Notes under the pieces: model-generated
What the model saw: only the letters and a program-made list of their open reading frames with translations
Database searches by the model: none
Told to the model about the DNA's origin: nothing
Shown here: positions 47,819 through 63,414 of the stretch, piece by piece
Layout: the number at the start of each line of letters is the position of its first letter
Position numbering within the stretch: the first letter of the stretch is position 1
Assembly (NCBI GenBank): GCA_050613775.1
Contig: JBODTK010000153.1
Location: 1-64,000, forward strand
DNA: 64,000 nucleotides
Direction of reading: 5' to 3'
Origin: Neocallimastix sp. 'constans'
Lineage: Eukaryota
Position numbers and translations under genes: made by a program

Positions 47819-49893
47819 ATGACCGAAGAAAATAAAAAATCAAAAGTTGAAGTTACTGACGATGATCTTGATGATTTCTTAGATGGTACTTAATATTTAA
47901 TATTATATAAATAAGATATTATAATTTATAAAATATTATATATTCGAAAAATAAAAAAAAAGAAAAAAAAGGCATTTATATGTATATTCATTCAAAATTT
48001 TTTTATGAATTTAGAAAAATAAATAAAAATTTGTAAGATAATACAAATATAAATTATAATAATATAAATTTTAAATTTTATCAATTAAGGTGTAAAAAAA
48101 TGATAAAGAGAATGAGAATTGATAAAGTTATTCTAATTAAATTAAAAAAAGATATTATAATTTTAAATAAAATTTAAAATGTTTTTGTACAAATATGAAA
48201 ATAAATATAAATAATAATTAATATATATATTCTATTTATTATTTAATATGTAAATACATTTTTCATCTTGTTAATAGGTGTTTTAGACAATTTCGATAAT
48301 CAAAAAATTCCAATTGTTCAAAGTATAAAACCAAAAGTAAATGAAGATAATGATAATTCAAAAGATGATAAAAATGACCAAAAACAATCTTTAAATTTAC
48401 CAGACCCATTTGATTTAGATTTAGAAGGAATTGATGATGAAATGGCAAAACAATTAACACAAGGTATGTTTCAACTTTTGCAAGGTATGGATCCAAATGA
48501 TGCCTCACAGTTTGAAAATAATTTAGAAAAAATTGCTGGAGATTTAGAAAAGAATTTAAATGTTAGTGATAAAGAAGGTAAACCAATAACATCCGGTAAA
48601 GGAAAAAAATCAACTACAACTTCATTTCAAGATACTATTTCAGAAACTATTAATAATTTAAAGAGCAGTTCTGACAAAGTCGAGGTAAATAATTTATCTT
48701 TTTAATAAAATATATTTATATATATATAATAGTAATATATCAATATAATGAAATTTTAAATTAATTATTAATAATATATATTGTATTATTTTGCATATAT
48801 TTTTTTTTTTTGTTAAAAAAAAAATAATAATTAATAAATATAATTTTTTTTAAATTAATAAACAATAAAACAAACAATTTGAAACAATAATTTTTTTCTC
48901 CGAAAATAACAAAAATATCGAAAACGATAAAAAAAATTATTATTATTAATGAAAAAAATAAAAAAAAACAAAAAAAGGCAGAAGTTTCTGAAACAAATAA
49001 TGATGTTATGGAAAAATTATTAAAACAAATGGAAGGATTAGTTGACGAAGACTTTTGTGATATTTTATCAGGTGTTATTGATCAATTAATGTCAAAGGAA
49101 TTATTATATGATTCTATGAAAGATTTATCTGATAGAGTAAATATTAAAAAAAAAAAAAAAGATAATATATATATATATATTTTTCTTTTTATTTTGCAAT
49201 AATAATAATTATTTTAAACAATTATTTTTAAATATGAAAGTACCCATCATGGATAGAAGAAAATAAAGGTAAACTTTCAAAGAAGGATATTGAAAACTAT
49301 CAAGGACAATACGCTTGTTGTAAAGAAATAGTAGATATCTTTGAAAAATATGATACCAATGAAGTTTCAAAGGAAGATAATAAGAAGGTTTCCGAATTAA
49401 TGCAAAAGGTAAATATAAATTGAAAATCATAAATTTTAATAATATATCATATATAAGATAATTAATAATTAATAAAACTTTTTTCATTTATAATTTATAT
49501 ATTAAATTATTTATTTAATAATAATTTACATCAATAATAATAATAATAAATTATAATAATAATAATAAAAAAAATTAATAAATATATTAATAAAATTATA
49601 TTTAAAAACTTTTTTTTTTTAGATGCAAGGATATGGTAATCCGTAAGTATTTAATAATAAATAAATAAAAAATATATATTATATTATTTATATTATTTTT
49701 ATTCAATTGTTAATTTCTTATATTATTATTTTTATTATTATTGTTTTTTTAATTTAAATTATATTCATAATATATAATAATTAATAGGCCAGCTGAAATA
49801 TTGAAGGAATTGGCTCCAGATATGATTGTTGGACCAGATAATGTTCCTCAAATTCCAGATAATATACCCGAAGGAGATTGTGCTCAAATGTAG
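47819..49893 (+). CDS. PEX19: Peroxin 19 (6 exons: 47819-47885, 48278-48684, 48978-49136, 49241-49408, 49623-49642, 49788-49893)
   Basis: N-terminal DDDLDDFLDGVLDNF, LMSKELLYDSMKDLSDRYPSWI, LMQKMQGYGNPPAEI, C-terminal CaaX CAQM*. GT-AG junctions are in frame. Confidence 0.95.
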
Positions 49894-50016
49894 AAAAAGA
49901 AAAGAATAAAATAAATATATAGTAATAAAAGTAGTAAAAGAAAAAATAATAAAAATAAAAGCAATTAAAATAAAAATAAAAAATAAATTAAAATAAATAA
50001 ATAAATAAATAAATAA

Positions 50017-50051
<35 letters not shown>

Positions 50052-50530
50052 CATAAGTAGAAATAAGGAAATAAAGATTTTTAGACTAAGATAAAAAAAA
50101 AATTCATATTCAAACACAATAATACAAAAATAATTATAAAAAAAAAAATTTTTTTATTAAAGTTTTTATTTTACATTATATAATAAATAATATTAGTTGT
50201 AATTACAATTTTATTTCATAAGTACAAAACAAAATAATTATATATATTTATATATATATTTTTTTATTTTTTAAATCAAAATTAACTATCGTTTGAATTA
50301 AAATAAATGATAAACTGTTATTTATTATTAAACATATTTATAAATAAAAGTTACTCTAGTCAAACGATTCTTTGTAAAGGAACGTTTAACTGTTATGAAA
50401 TAATTATTTTTTAATAATTATAGAAATTTATTTTAAAATTAAATGCTATAACAATAAAATTAAATACACTATAATAATAAAATTAAATACTAAAGGAAAA
50501 ATAAATAATATTACTTATTTAAAATATTTT

Positions 50531-50945
50531 ACCCATTATAATCCATTTGACAGCCTAACCCTAAATCGAACAAGTCATCGTCTACACTATGATCGTGCTT
50601 CTCAGTTGTACGCATACATTGCCTGAAGCGGGGTGATTCCTGCGTATTGTAAATCCTCATTAGTTAATGTATCTGCGTGTTCATCACGTGTTAGGATAGA
50701 TTTCCTAATTTGGAGAAAGGTAATGTAGTAAATAAATAATAATGTTATAGTGTATGTAGTTGTGGCTTGCCGTATCCATCATCTTCAAATCTTGTGGTTC
50801 TGTAATCCGTGACTGAGAGCGTCGACGCCGAAATGGTATGGCATGGGAGCACTTTGTTGTATCCTGATACACCCGATATAAAGTTTGTCTGATATTAGTT
50901 GTCTGTTGTGGCTGGGATGATATGATCAAGACCTACAAGGGATAG

Positions 50946-50985
<40 letters not shown>
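50531..50985 (+). mobile_element. SINE-like element (family C)
   Basis: GC-richer non-coding block sharing GAGCGTCGACGYCRAAATGRTAWGGCATG, GACCTAC and AGTCT-poly(A) with 22628-23158; weak TSD AAAATATTTT; no tRNA head seen. Confidence 0.6.
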
Positions 50986-50988
<3 letters not shown>

Positions 50989-51598
50989 TTTTATTTATAA
51001 ATTTATTTATTGTATTAATTTTATATTTATTTATTTTTTCTTTATCTCTCTTCTAAAATTTCACATTTGTTTATTATACTATTTACATCTATTAATGAAT
51101 TTTAATATATTCTAATACAAACTAATATAATCAACGTACAAATAATTTAATACAATTTTAATACATTTTGTATTTCTTCAATAATTGTTTTTTATAAAAA
51201 TTCTTTATCATAATAATGTAATTATTTTCTTTTTTAATTTAATAGTAAAAATATATATATACATATATATTTATATAAATTAATAAATATTTTATTTTGT
51301 TAATAAAAGTTCTATTCTTTTTGTTTTATTTATTAATTTTTTTATCTATTTTTGAGATATTTATTTAAGGTTAAGAATAATTATATTGCTATTAAAAATT
51401 TTCTATCTTATTTCAAGGATATTATAAGATATTCAATAGAATAATAATAATAATAATAGTAATAATAATAATTCTTTGAAACTACTTTTTATTATGATTA
51501 TTACTATCATTATTATTCCAAAAAAAAAAAAAAATTTATTCATAAATAAACTTAATAATAATAATAATAATAAAATGGTATTGTTAAAAAAAGATTTT

Positions 51599-52865
51599 TT
51601 AACCGACTCTCTTAGCAAGATCACTAGGTTTATATTTATCTTGTGCCCAGGTCATGATACGTTTGATAGATTGAATCCATTTTCTTTGTGATTCATCGTT
51701 TAATACATGGGCTACTTGAGAAGCAAAAATTTTTTCACGTGCTAATAGAATATAAATTAAAAAAAATAATAATAATTTTTATTAATTAAATAATTAAATA
51801 TTTCTCATTTCTTTATATACATATACATATATATTTTTTTTATATATATATATTTATAATTTAGTAGATAATTATTTAAAATTATAAATAATATTTACCT
51901 GAACGTTCATGAATACCAACCATAGTTACACCTATTGGCCATGGAGCATTACCAATAGAAAGTTGAAGATAGGATTCATTTGCTTTCATATATTCTCTTT
52001 CTTGCATGAACTGTGCAATTTCAGATACTCTAGCCAATACATCTGCTTGAATAGTTTTATGCTTTAATTCTTTAAAGAATGGCTTTAAATAGTCTCTGGT
52101 TTGCTTTTGAATAGCTGTATCACGTTTTCCCTTATAACTTCTTTTAACTTCTTCACTTCTTTTATTTAAATCATCTTCCCATTCATCTAACAAACGTCTG
52201 AAATAAACACTAATAAGAAAGCATGCTTTATCTATATCTTTTTGAATTAATTCTAAACTAATTATACTGGTATCCACATCACTATAATCCTTTTTCTTTT
52301 TATTTTTCTCCTCTTCATTATCAAGACCTGCTTGTTTTCTTAAGGCTTCTAAATCTAAATTACGATCAGTATCCTCCATTGCATGCATAAATTCATTTTG
52401 TTGACCTTCAGTTTTCTCTTCTGCTGCTTCCAAATGTCGAAGACGAATAATTCTTTCTTGATCGGTTTCACCAAAATATCTAATAGGTTCTCCGTGACTT
52501 CTTAAACGTTTTATAACCTCATCTTGACTAATATTTTCAAATATTTTGGTAAGATTATCATTTTCTTCATCATCTAATTGACCATTTTTTGAGTCATTAC
52601 TTTTGTCTATTGAATCAGCTGATAAACTATTATTTGATGGATTAGAACCATTATATTGTTCAATATATTCTTTCTTTTTTTTCAATTTGATTTCTTTTTC
52701 CTTTTTTTCTTTTTCTAAGTCTTTGTAATATTTTTTTTTCTCAAATTCCTCAATATCACCTCTTCTTATATATTTTTTTTTACTAGATTTATCACTTTTA
52801 GCTTCATCAATTAATTTCCTTTTTTTGGAAATTTCTTCATCAATAATTGACTTCAAAAAATCCAT
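51599..52865 (-). CDS. PRP18: Pre-mRNA splicing factor 18 (exons 52865-51899 and 51741-51599)
   Basis: [18 protein letters not shown] motif and conserved [29 protein letters not shown]...AHVLNDE. Confidence 0.97.
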
Positions 52866-52927
52866 GAATATAAAATATATAAAAAATAAAAAAAAAAAAA
52901 AAAAAAATAAAATAAAAAAAATAAAAA

Positions 52928-52958
<31 letters not shown>

Positions 52959-53619
52959 ATATATATATAATATAAAATTATTTAAGAAATTTAAAATAAA
53001 TTATTTTTTTTCAATAATTATTATTTATAATAATTTTAAAATTAATATATATATTATTTTATTTGTTATTTCCTCTTCTAAAACGATAAAATATAAAAAT
53101 TATTTTATTTGTTATTTTTTTTTTTTTAAAAAATATATATATATATATTTAAATAAAAGAAATAATAAAAAATAAGAAATGTAATAAATAATAAAGATTA
53201 TAAAAGGTATTATATAAATATGTAATAAAAATTATTAAAATGAATAAAAATTATTATATTATCTTTGCAAATAAAGTTACATAATACTTTGAAATAATTA
53301 ATTATATAAAAGGATCTTACACTTTTTTATTCTATATTGTATTATTTAATCTGAACAGAACATATATTTTTTAAATAAAAAAAATTAAAAATTAAAACAA
53401 ATCTTCTAAATAATTAATTATATATAAAATATTTTAAATTTAAATAATCAAAAAATTAATATATAATAATTAATAAAAATTAAAAAATTTTTTATTAAAA
53501 AAATAATATATGTTTAATATTTATTCAAATTTAAATAATATTTAAATAATATTAAATTAATAATATATAAATAATAAATAATATAATTGAATAATAAAAA
53601 AATAAAAAAAATAAATAAT

Positions 53620-53955
53620 AAATTATAAATAATAAATAATAAATAATAAATAATAAATAATAAATAATAAATAATAAATAATAAATAATAAATAATAAAT
53701 AATAAATAATAAATAATAAATAATAAATAATAAATAATAAATAATAAATAATAAATAATATAATAAATAATAAATAATAAATAATAAATAATATAATAAA
53801 TAATAAATAATAAATAATAAATAATAAATAATAAATAATAAATAATAAATAATAAATAATAAATAATAAATAATAATTGAATAATAAATAATAAATAATA
53901 ATTATAATAAATAATAAATAATAAATAATAATTGAATAATAAATAATAAATAATA
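53620..53955. repeat. (AATAAAT)n microsatellite; a related tract at ~44570-44760
   Basis: Visible 7-mer tandem array. Confidence 0.9.
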
Positions 53956-53980
53956 TTTAATCATCAATTTTGCATAGATT

Positions 53981-54048
53981 ATTGAAAAGACGCCTATATA
54001 AAGCGGCATATAAGGAATGCCTTTCTTATTAGCTTTACATAGAGAGAG
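53981..54048 (+). mobile_element. Internal fragment of SINE family B
   Basis: AAAGCGGCATATAAGGAATGCCTTTCTTATTAGCTTTACATAGAGAGAG aligns with 37845-37893. Confidence 0.7.
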
Positions 54049-55863
54049 TATATTTATTTAACATATTTATTTAACAATATAAATAGATAACATTTATCAA
54101 TGATTAATAACAATTAATATAATAATGATAGAAAGAAATTTTATTATTATTAATTATTTTTTATATATAAAGAAAAATAAAAACAAATTTTTAATATTAA
54201 AAAATCCACTTTTTATAGAGGTATTATTTATTTTTATAAAAAATATTTTATATTACCTTTTTATATATTACATTTCTACCTTTTATTTTTTATTAATTTA
54301 TTTACTACTACTACTACTACTACTTTTATTATTATTATTATTAATATTAATTGATTCTAATTAATTTATATTTGGAAGAAAAAATTTCCATTTATATTAA
54401 AGTCATGTTTATTAAAAAGTTTAAAAAGTCTTAGTATATATCCCAATCATCTGAAATAAAAACTTTAAAATCATTTTGTTTAAACTATTTATTATTTTAT
54501 TTTATTTTCTATTCTATATTATATTTTATGTTATTTTATTTTTTATGTTGAATTTTTGTATTACACATTTTTAATTATTATATATTTGTTTTAAGAAATA
54601 TTAAAATGCAATATATAAAAATTAATAAGTTTTTTTTAAGAAATATATAATAATACGTAATAATTATAATATATTCTTAATTTTATAATGCATATATTGT
54701 ATTGATTTATTCATAATCATTATATATAATTAAATTATTCATAATTATTATATTTTGTATTTTTATTTATAATTTTTAGTTTTTTATGAATTTAAATTTT
54801 TTTAATTTCATAAATAATAATTCAGGATTATTTCATAGTTAAAATTATTAATTTTATATATATTAATTTTAATCTATATATAATTTTTATAATACCAAAC
54901 AATTTAACAAATATATGATAATATTTTGATTTTTTATTGTATATTTTTAATATTTAATATTAAATATGCTTTTTTGTATTTATTTTTATTAATATTTTAT
55001 TTTAATAACACAAAATAAAATAAAAATAAAGTCTACTTTATTATATCTTTTTTATTAATAAAAAAAAATTTTTTGGAAACAATTACATTTTTATTTATAT
55101 ATATATTACTTTCTAATTTACATAAAATAAATAACATAATACTTTAATACCTATTTACTTTATGTTAAAAAAAAAAAAAAAAAAGACAATAAATAAATAA
55201 AATAAATAAATGAAAAATAATATTTATTATTTATTAATAAATAAATATTTATTTTCCATCATAATATAAATCATTTTTTTTAATATATATATCAAATAAT
55301 ATTTTTATATAGGCTAAAAAATAATTAAAATAGATTTATTATTGGTTTATGAAATCTATTCTTATAATTGTTTCAAAATTATTAAAAGTATTTTTTTTTA
55401 CATATTTAAGAAATATATAAATTAAATCATAATATAATGAAATGTCTCTTAAATATAGTTAATAAATCAAAAATTATGAAATAAAATATAGAAATTATTA
55501 TATACAATTATTAATAGAATTTTATAATCAGATTGATTAAGATTAAAAAAATTACATAATATACATCACAATTATAATACTTTCTTTTATTTTATTGAAA
55601 GTTAATAAATAAATAAAATACCATAGAACTAAAATGTTTAAATAATAAATCATATTGAAATAAAATATTATTTTAAATTAAAATATATATATTAAAATAT
55701 TTTATAATAATAATAATAATTATAATAATAATAAAAGCAATAATATTTTAAAATTTATTTTTATTTTCATTATACAAGTTTTTAATCATAGCTTTATTTA
55801 ATAAAAATATATAATATTTAACAAATTTTAGTATATTCTCAATAGTAGCTTGATTAAATTTGA

Positions 55864-55898
<35 letters not shown>

Positions 55899-56191
55899 AT
55901 ACGTCATAATACTTCATAATAGATACAGATACTATTATTATAATAGCTATAATTATTAAAAAATTATATTTTAATATTGTATTGTTCACAGTATTTTATT
56001 CCAGTCATATTATCATAAAATAAAGATATAGATAATTATAAAAAATAAGTAATATAATAAAAAATATAATATTTTTAATAATAAAAAACATAAATATTTA
56101 CTGTGGAATTGAAAAATAAGAACAAAAGACAAGAAAATTTTTATTTTAATAAAATTATTTAAAATTGTTAAAATAAAATTATAAATAAATA

Positions 56192-59100
56192 ATGTCTAAT
56201 TCATACCAAAATACCATAAATGCTGGAGCTTCAGCAAATCTTTCTTTAAAAGAAAAACAGTTAGATAATCAAAAAAAAGAAAATTTAAAATTGTTACAAC
56301 AGAGGTATAATAATTCAATGAATATTCCAAGCTCAACAAAACAATTATATTTATTACAACAACTTCAACAACAACAATTGCAGCAAAGGCAATTACAACA
56401 ACAACAAATACAACAACAAATGATATATAATAAAATACAAAATAAAAGAAAAATTGATAGAGAGAAAATGTAACTATTTTTTTTTTTTTTTTTTTTTTTT
56501 ATTTTTTTAAATTTATTATCAATATAAAATTTTTATTTATGAAATGTGTTTTAATTGAATTTCAAAATAGTTATAAAATCGTAGTTCTAATTAATTAATT
56601 AATTAATATTATTGTAATTACTATTATTTTTAAATATTAAAATATATATATATTTTTTAATAAAAGGTTAGATACGTATATTTATGATTATTGTATAAAA
56701 AGAGACTATAAACAGACTGCAGAATTGCTTAAACAAGAAGCAAAAATTTCAGCAGAAGATATACAACAGATTAATTCTGAGGGATTTTTATATGAGTGGT
56801 GGACTGTATTTTGGGAAATATATTCTGCAAAGGAAAATAATGAAGAAGATACCACACCTGAAGCTTTAACATATATTAATATACAAAATTTAAAAGCTAA
56901 ACAAAATGAATTATTATTACGTCAAATGAATAGTATTAATTCACAAAAAGCAGTTAATTCAAATACTCTAACTACTCAATTATTGAATCCTCAGTTAAAA
57001 CAACTACAACAATTACAACTTCAACAACTTCAAAAGGGACAAACTAATACAATACAGACTAGTACTTTGCCACAACAATCTCAGCAAAATTTAGCAGTAC
57101 AACAGCTACAACAATTACAAAGTAAACAAGCTCAAGCACAAGCTCAATCACATTCAAATAGTTCATCATCTATAATAAATAGTAATCAAAATCATTCTTC
57201 AACTCTTAATAATAGTAATAGTGCTTTACCATTATCAGCAAATGCAAATACAACGTCAGGTACCGCAACTACTAAAAATCCACAGATTTCAACAAGTAGT
57301 AGTCCACAATTTAATATCAATGGAACATTAACTGGATTAATAAATAATTCTACCTATTCAACACAGAATTTAACTAATACTAGTCAAACATCATTAATGA
57401 AAACTGGAAATGTTGTACAACCTCAACAACCAACTCAATCACCTCTTCTTTCAACTAATCCATCCCCACAATTAGCACAAGGAATATTAAGAGGTTCCAA
57501 CACAAATAATTTACAAAATATAGGTAGAAGTAATGCGAGTGCAACCTTGAATTTATATGCTGCCGCAATAAGGGGTAATGCATCAAATCTTTCACTTCAA
57601 GATAAAAACCAACTATTATCAAATTCCCAGTTAATGAAAATAGTTCATAATAAAGTTTTAAAGTAAAGAATAAAAAAATATTTTTTTTATGCTTGTTTTT
57701 ATAAAATTTTATTAAAAAAAAAAAGATAATATAATTATAATTATATTTATAAGAAAAATATTATAGAAATATTTTTTTTAATATTATGGGTGTATATATA
57801 TATTGTATATATTTTTTATTCCATTTTTATTTTATTTTATTTTATTTTTATAATTTTTTTGAATATTTATTTGTTTATTTACTAATTTTTTTATTATTAT
57901 AATATTATATAGTCAAATGAAACAACAACAAAAAACAGGTTTGACATCAACTATAACTACTACTGTAACAAATGCTACTAATATAGTTGCCCAAAGTTCA
58001 AATTTAGGGATAACCTCACATATTAATGTAAGTATTATTATTATTATCATTATTATTTTAAAATTTAATATATATTTATTTATTTTTGAATAATTTATAA
58101 TAATCTTTAATACATACGTAATATCTATGTATAGACAAGTAGTATAAATAATGCATCAATTTTAAAGAAAGGTATATTATCACCAACAGATACTTCACAA
58201 GATATGTCGCCACCTCCATCAAAACGTTTACGTGCAAATGGTGTTCAGTATAGTCCGGTTTTAACGAAAAATATTATACAAAGTCCAGTATTAACGACAC
58301 AGCAACAACGTATATAATTTAATTTTATTTATATATATATATTAAAATTTTAGTAATAATATTGTATCAATATATTATTATGATTAATTAAAACAATAAA
58401 TTATTTAAATTTTTTTTTTAAAAATATAATATATTTTATTTAAATATTAAAATCACCAATAATTTAAATAATAATAATTATTTAATTTTAATTTTTATTA
58501 TTTTTATATTTAATTTATTACTTTTATTTATAATTTACATTAATTCAATCTACTTATATATATAAATATATATATAATTGAAATAATTTAATTATAAATA
58601 AAATATAATGGTAATGATAATGATAAATGATGATAATAAATATATATACATTTATAGAAAATATAAGCATTAATACAAGTCCTGTTATGAATTCTAACAA
58701 TTTATTAAATGATATATCAGCTTGTAAATATTTTAACTTTCTTTTAATTTAATATTGATTAGTATTACCCATTTTTTTTGTTTTATTTTTTTTTTATTTT
58801 TTTTTATTTTATTTTTTTATTTATTTATTTTTATTATTTATTTATTTATTATATATATATATATATTTAATTTTTTTATTTTATTTAAATAATTTTTATT
58901 TTAAAATATATATATATATATTTAAATATGTATATATGTTTAATGACATAATTTTAAATATAAATCATTTAATATTTTATTTTGAATTTTATACTATTAT
59001 ATTTATTCATTTTTATTATTACTCTTAATTTATTAAAAGTATTATTATAATAATTATTATTTTCTTATTAATATTTTTTTTTAAAAAAAAAAAATTAATA

Positions 59101-61921
59101 GATATTATTTAATTATTTCGTTTTCTCCAATATATATTTATTTATTATTATTATTATAATATATATATATATATAAATGGATGTAATGAAATAATTAAAT
59201 TTATATTACTGATTAACTATCAATAAGTAAATATATAAATTACTAAAATTTTATATATATATATATATTATTATAAAATTTTTATTTAAATTTATAATAT
59301 AAATATTATAATCAAATAACATAGCACAATTAATTGGTAAAAATTGGTCAGTAACAAATAATCAACTTATGAATCAACAATTACAAAATTCAAATAATCT
59401 TTTATTGAGAAGACAATTACAACAGCAACAGCTAGGTAAATATTAATAATAAAATAATTTTTTATATTGTTTAATATTATTATAATCATAAATAAATATT
59501 TTTTTAATATTATTATTTATTTAAATTAATGATATTGTTGAATTGATTTGTAAAATAAATGACTTAATTTATTTTATTCCATTTTATTCATATATATATT
59601 GATATTATAAAATAATTTATTAATATTTCTAACTATATATTTAATAAAAATATATCTATATGTATATATATAATAAAAATATATATATGTATATTTTTTA
59701 GGAATACCAAAAACTGATGCACAGGAATTATTATTAAAGCAAAAAGCTCTACAAGCACAAGCTCAAGGATTAAAAAATACTAAAGCTCAACTTCAATATA
59801 ATTTAAAATTACAACAGCAATCTGTAAAATGAATACTTTTAATATTAATCTAATATCTAAATAATTAATAATAATTTAATTAATTTATTATTAATATATT
59901 ATATTTATACATTTTCTTTCTTTCTCTCTTTCCTTTCCCCTTCCTGCGTCCCTTTCTTTCTTTTTATGAATAATTTATGAATATATATATATATTTTTTT
60001 ATAATCAAAATAACATTTTAATAAAAATTTAGCAATCTACTAAATTATCAATGGCAACAACAAATTCGGTATTGACATCTACAAATACATCAAATTTTCA
60101 GTCACTTAAAGCGGCAAATATAAAGCTACCGCAAAATACGCTTACATCAGAACCGCAAATGAATATGACTACAATACTATCAGCAGTACAAACTGATTCG
60201 ACTGATTTAAAGCAAGGTAATTTAACATTACTATAAGAAATTTTAATTCATTCTAAATTTTATACAAATAAATTAAACTAAGCAAAATTTTATTAATAAT
60301 TCAATATTATACGATAAATATTGGTAAGTTTTTTTATTTTTTTATATATAAATTTTTTTTATAATATATATATAATAAATTAATATTAATTTATTAAATA
60401 AAAGAGTTTAATAATAATAATAATTAATATAGTATATTATATATATATTATTTATAATATTAAAAGATACAAAATCTCAAGAAGATAATAAAACTATACC
60501 ATCAACAACTTCGCAAGAAGATGATCCAATAAAAGCCACAAATGAACAGTTGCAACTATCATTGCTTCAAAAGCAGGCTAATAAAAATATAGATAAGGTA
60601 TTTTAACAATATATTGAATTAAATTAACAAAAATTAATTTAATTTATTAATTTAAAATACATAATTTCATATATTTATATATTGTTTATTTTAATTTGTA
60701 TATAATAATATTATTTATAAATCAAAAATAATAATATTTTTATATTATATTATATTATATTATAATTTATTATTATTATTCTTATTATTATTATTATTTT
60801 TAATTTTAATTTTAATTTTAATTTTATTTTTATTTTGTTTTATGTTTATTTTTTTATTTTTTATTTTATTATTATTTTTTTTTATTGTTTTGTTTTTGCT
60901 TTTGTTTTCATCCATAATCTAATTTAATAATAATTAATTAAACGTATTTATTTATGTAGCTTCTTCAAAATACATTAGTTGACCATACTGTTAATGATAC
61001 TGATGTTTTTAATAAAAGCATGGAATTACTTTTAAATTATCAAACTCCTATGATTCCACTTGATGAAAATATTAATAAAACAGAGTTTAATAAGATTGAT
61101 AATAATAATACTATTTTTGATTCATTACGTGTATTAACTAATGGAAATGAAACTGGTGTTGATGAAGATCCTGAAAAAATTTTTTCATTACCAGTTGAAT
61201 CCGTATTTTATGGTACAGGATCTAATCCAATAGAGTTATCATCAGAAAAACAAAATGAATTAACAAAAAAATCAAATTTTAATCAAAATTTTAATCCTAA
61301 TCAATTACAAATATTAACTCCATTAGGCTCATTGCAAGGACATAAACAAAAAGTATCTGTTTGTTCTTTTAATAGTATAGGAAATACATTAGCTAGTGGT
61401 TCAAATGATAATAAAGCTATTATATGGGATATAAGTAATATCAATGTCAAACCTAATCCATTATGGATCTTAGAAGGTCATAAGAAAACAGTAAATGTTG
61501 TTAGTTTTTGTAATTTGACAGGTGTTGTAGGTAATGCTATTACACAATCAACAGCTGAATCAATTTTAGATAATATACCATCATTATTAGTAACAGGTAG
61601 TATTGATAAAACTGTAAGAATTTGGAAATTAAATGGTTTAAAAAAGAATGGTGTAGTAAATATTAAAGAATCTTATGAAATACTATCTGTATTTGAGGAA
61701 CATAAATGGGGAGTAACTGCAGCTGATTTTTGTCCAATTGGTGTATGTAATAGTCAAAATGTTGATGGATTTGGTGAACCAAATAAAAAAGTTAATGTTT
61801 ATTGTGGTAGTTTGGATGCTGAAGGGGAACTTAAAATTTGGAATGTAGTGAATAAAAAAATAATAAAATCAGTTAAATTGGTAAAATGAAATTAATAATA
61901 TTTATTATAAAATTTATAAGC

Positions 61922-61975
<54 letters not shown>

Positions 61976-62848
61976 CTTCATTTTCTAAAATTTACAGTAT
62001 TATTTATTTATTTATTTATTTTGTATTAAAATTCAATTATATAATAAAATATAAGCATATATATTAATTTTAATCATAATTTATTAAAAATAAAATTTTT
62101 ATTCATATATATATATGTATATATGTAATATTTAATTTAAAAATAGAATAAATCATCAAAATTCGATTATCTTACTAATCCATTGAAATTTAGACCAATA
62201 AATAATGATTCAAAATTAATACCTGATTCAACTATAGTATCTATAGTTGCAGCCTATGCTACTTCATTAATTGTAGTAGATTTTTTATTACCTTATAATA
62301 ATTTAAATGAGGATTCAACCGAAGATTATACCATTAGGACAAGACAAACTGATCATAAAAAATATATATCAACATTAGAATGGACAAATGATGGTCATAA
62401 TCTTGTTACTGCTAGTGAAGATATAATATATGTATGGAATATTGATGCAAATAATGAATTTCAGATTATATATTCTATTTCATCATCTGAAAATGAAAAA
62501 ATATGTTCTTGTATTATACTTCCTGATCCATATCGTCAACTACCTAATACAGTAATAACAACAAATAATATGAAAACATTACGTATTGCATATAGTGCTT
62601 ATGGTAATATATATATTTGGGAATCAGATAAAACTAGTAAAGCAATATATTCTCAATATACACAAGCAATAGGAAAAGTAAGTACATATATTAAAGCACA
62701 TGCTGGAATCATTTGTTCATTAAGTAGTTGTTTAAGACCAAAATCAATTATAAATAATATGACAGAGGGTCCTATTAATGAAATTATTTTAGCATCATCA
62801 AGCAATTCAAAAGATAATAATTTAAAATTATGGAGTTTAAATTTATAG
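56192..62848 (+). CDS. LUFS(LisH)-Gln-rich-WD40 transcriptional regulator (LEUNIG/Flo8-like), 11 exons
   Basis: MLDTYIYDYC...EGFLYEWWTVFWEIY LUFS domain, Q-rich linker, SPPPSKRLR, GH...WD repeats. All ten GT-AG introns keep the frame. Confidence 0.88.
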
Positions 62849-63414
62849 ATTTATAAATTTTATTTATTACCGCTAATTTTATAATTTTATAATTTTTTTT
62901 CTTAAAAAATAATTAAATATATATATTATTGTATTAAATTTTTATTATTTTTATTTTTTTTTATTTTTTTTTTTTTATTTTTATTTTTTTTTTCTTTTTA
63001 TTATTTTTTTATTGATATAATTCAATTTATTATTTATTATTTAAAAGTATTAAAATTATATTATTATTAAAATATATATAATTTAAATGAATTACCGTTT
63101 TACTTGCATAAAAATAATACTATATAAATGTTTTAATTTATACATATTTATATATATATTTTTTCAAATAAATTAATATTTGCAATTTCAATTTTTAATT
63201 TAAAAATTATTATCATTTTTTTAAAACATTTTATTACTATTGTATGAAGAAAAAAGAAAAAGAAATATATATATATATATAAATGTTATAATACCAAAAC
63301 AAAGCGAAAGTGCTTATAATTGAACTTCATATATTATTTATTTATGTATTTAAAATATATATATAAAATTTAGTTTAAAATAAATAATTTTATATATAAT
63401 AATTATTATTTCTT

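Noticed and set aside
50813..50835. CTGAGAG...GAAA as a hammerhead ribozyme
   Set aside because: Does not fit CUGANGA, and the core is absent from the homologous motif at 23050.
4050..54364. Many short ORFs in the track (e.g. 4050, 4306, 23178, 31265, 33723, 42101, 44521, 52825, 54125)
   Set aside because: Antisense shadows of real genes, or translations of microsatellite and LTR sequence, with no motifs.
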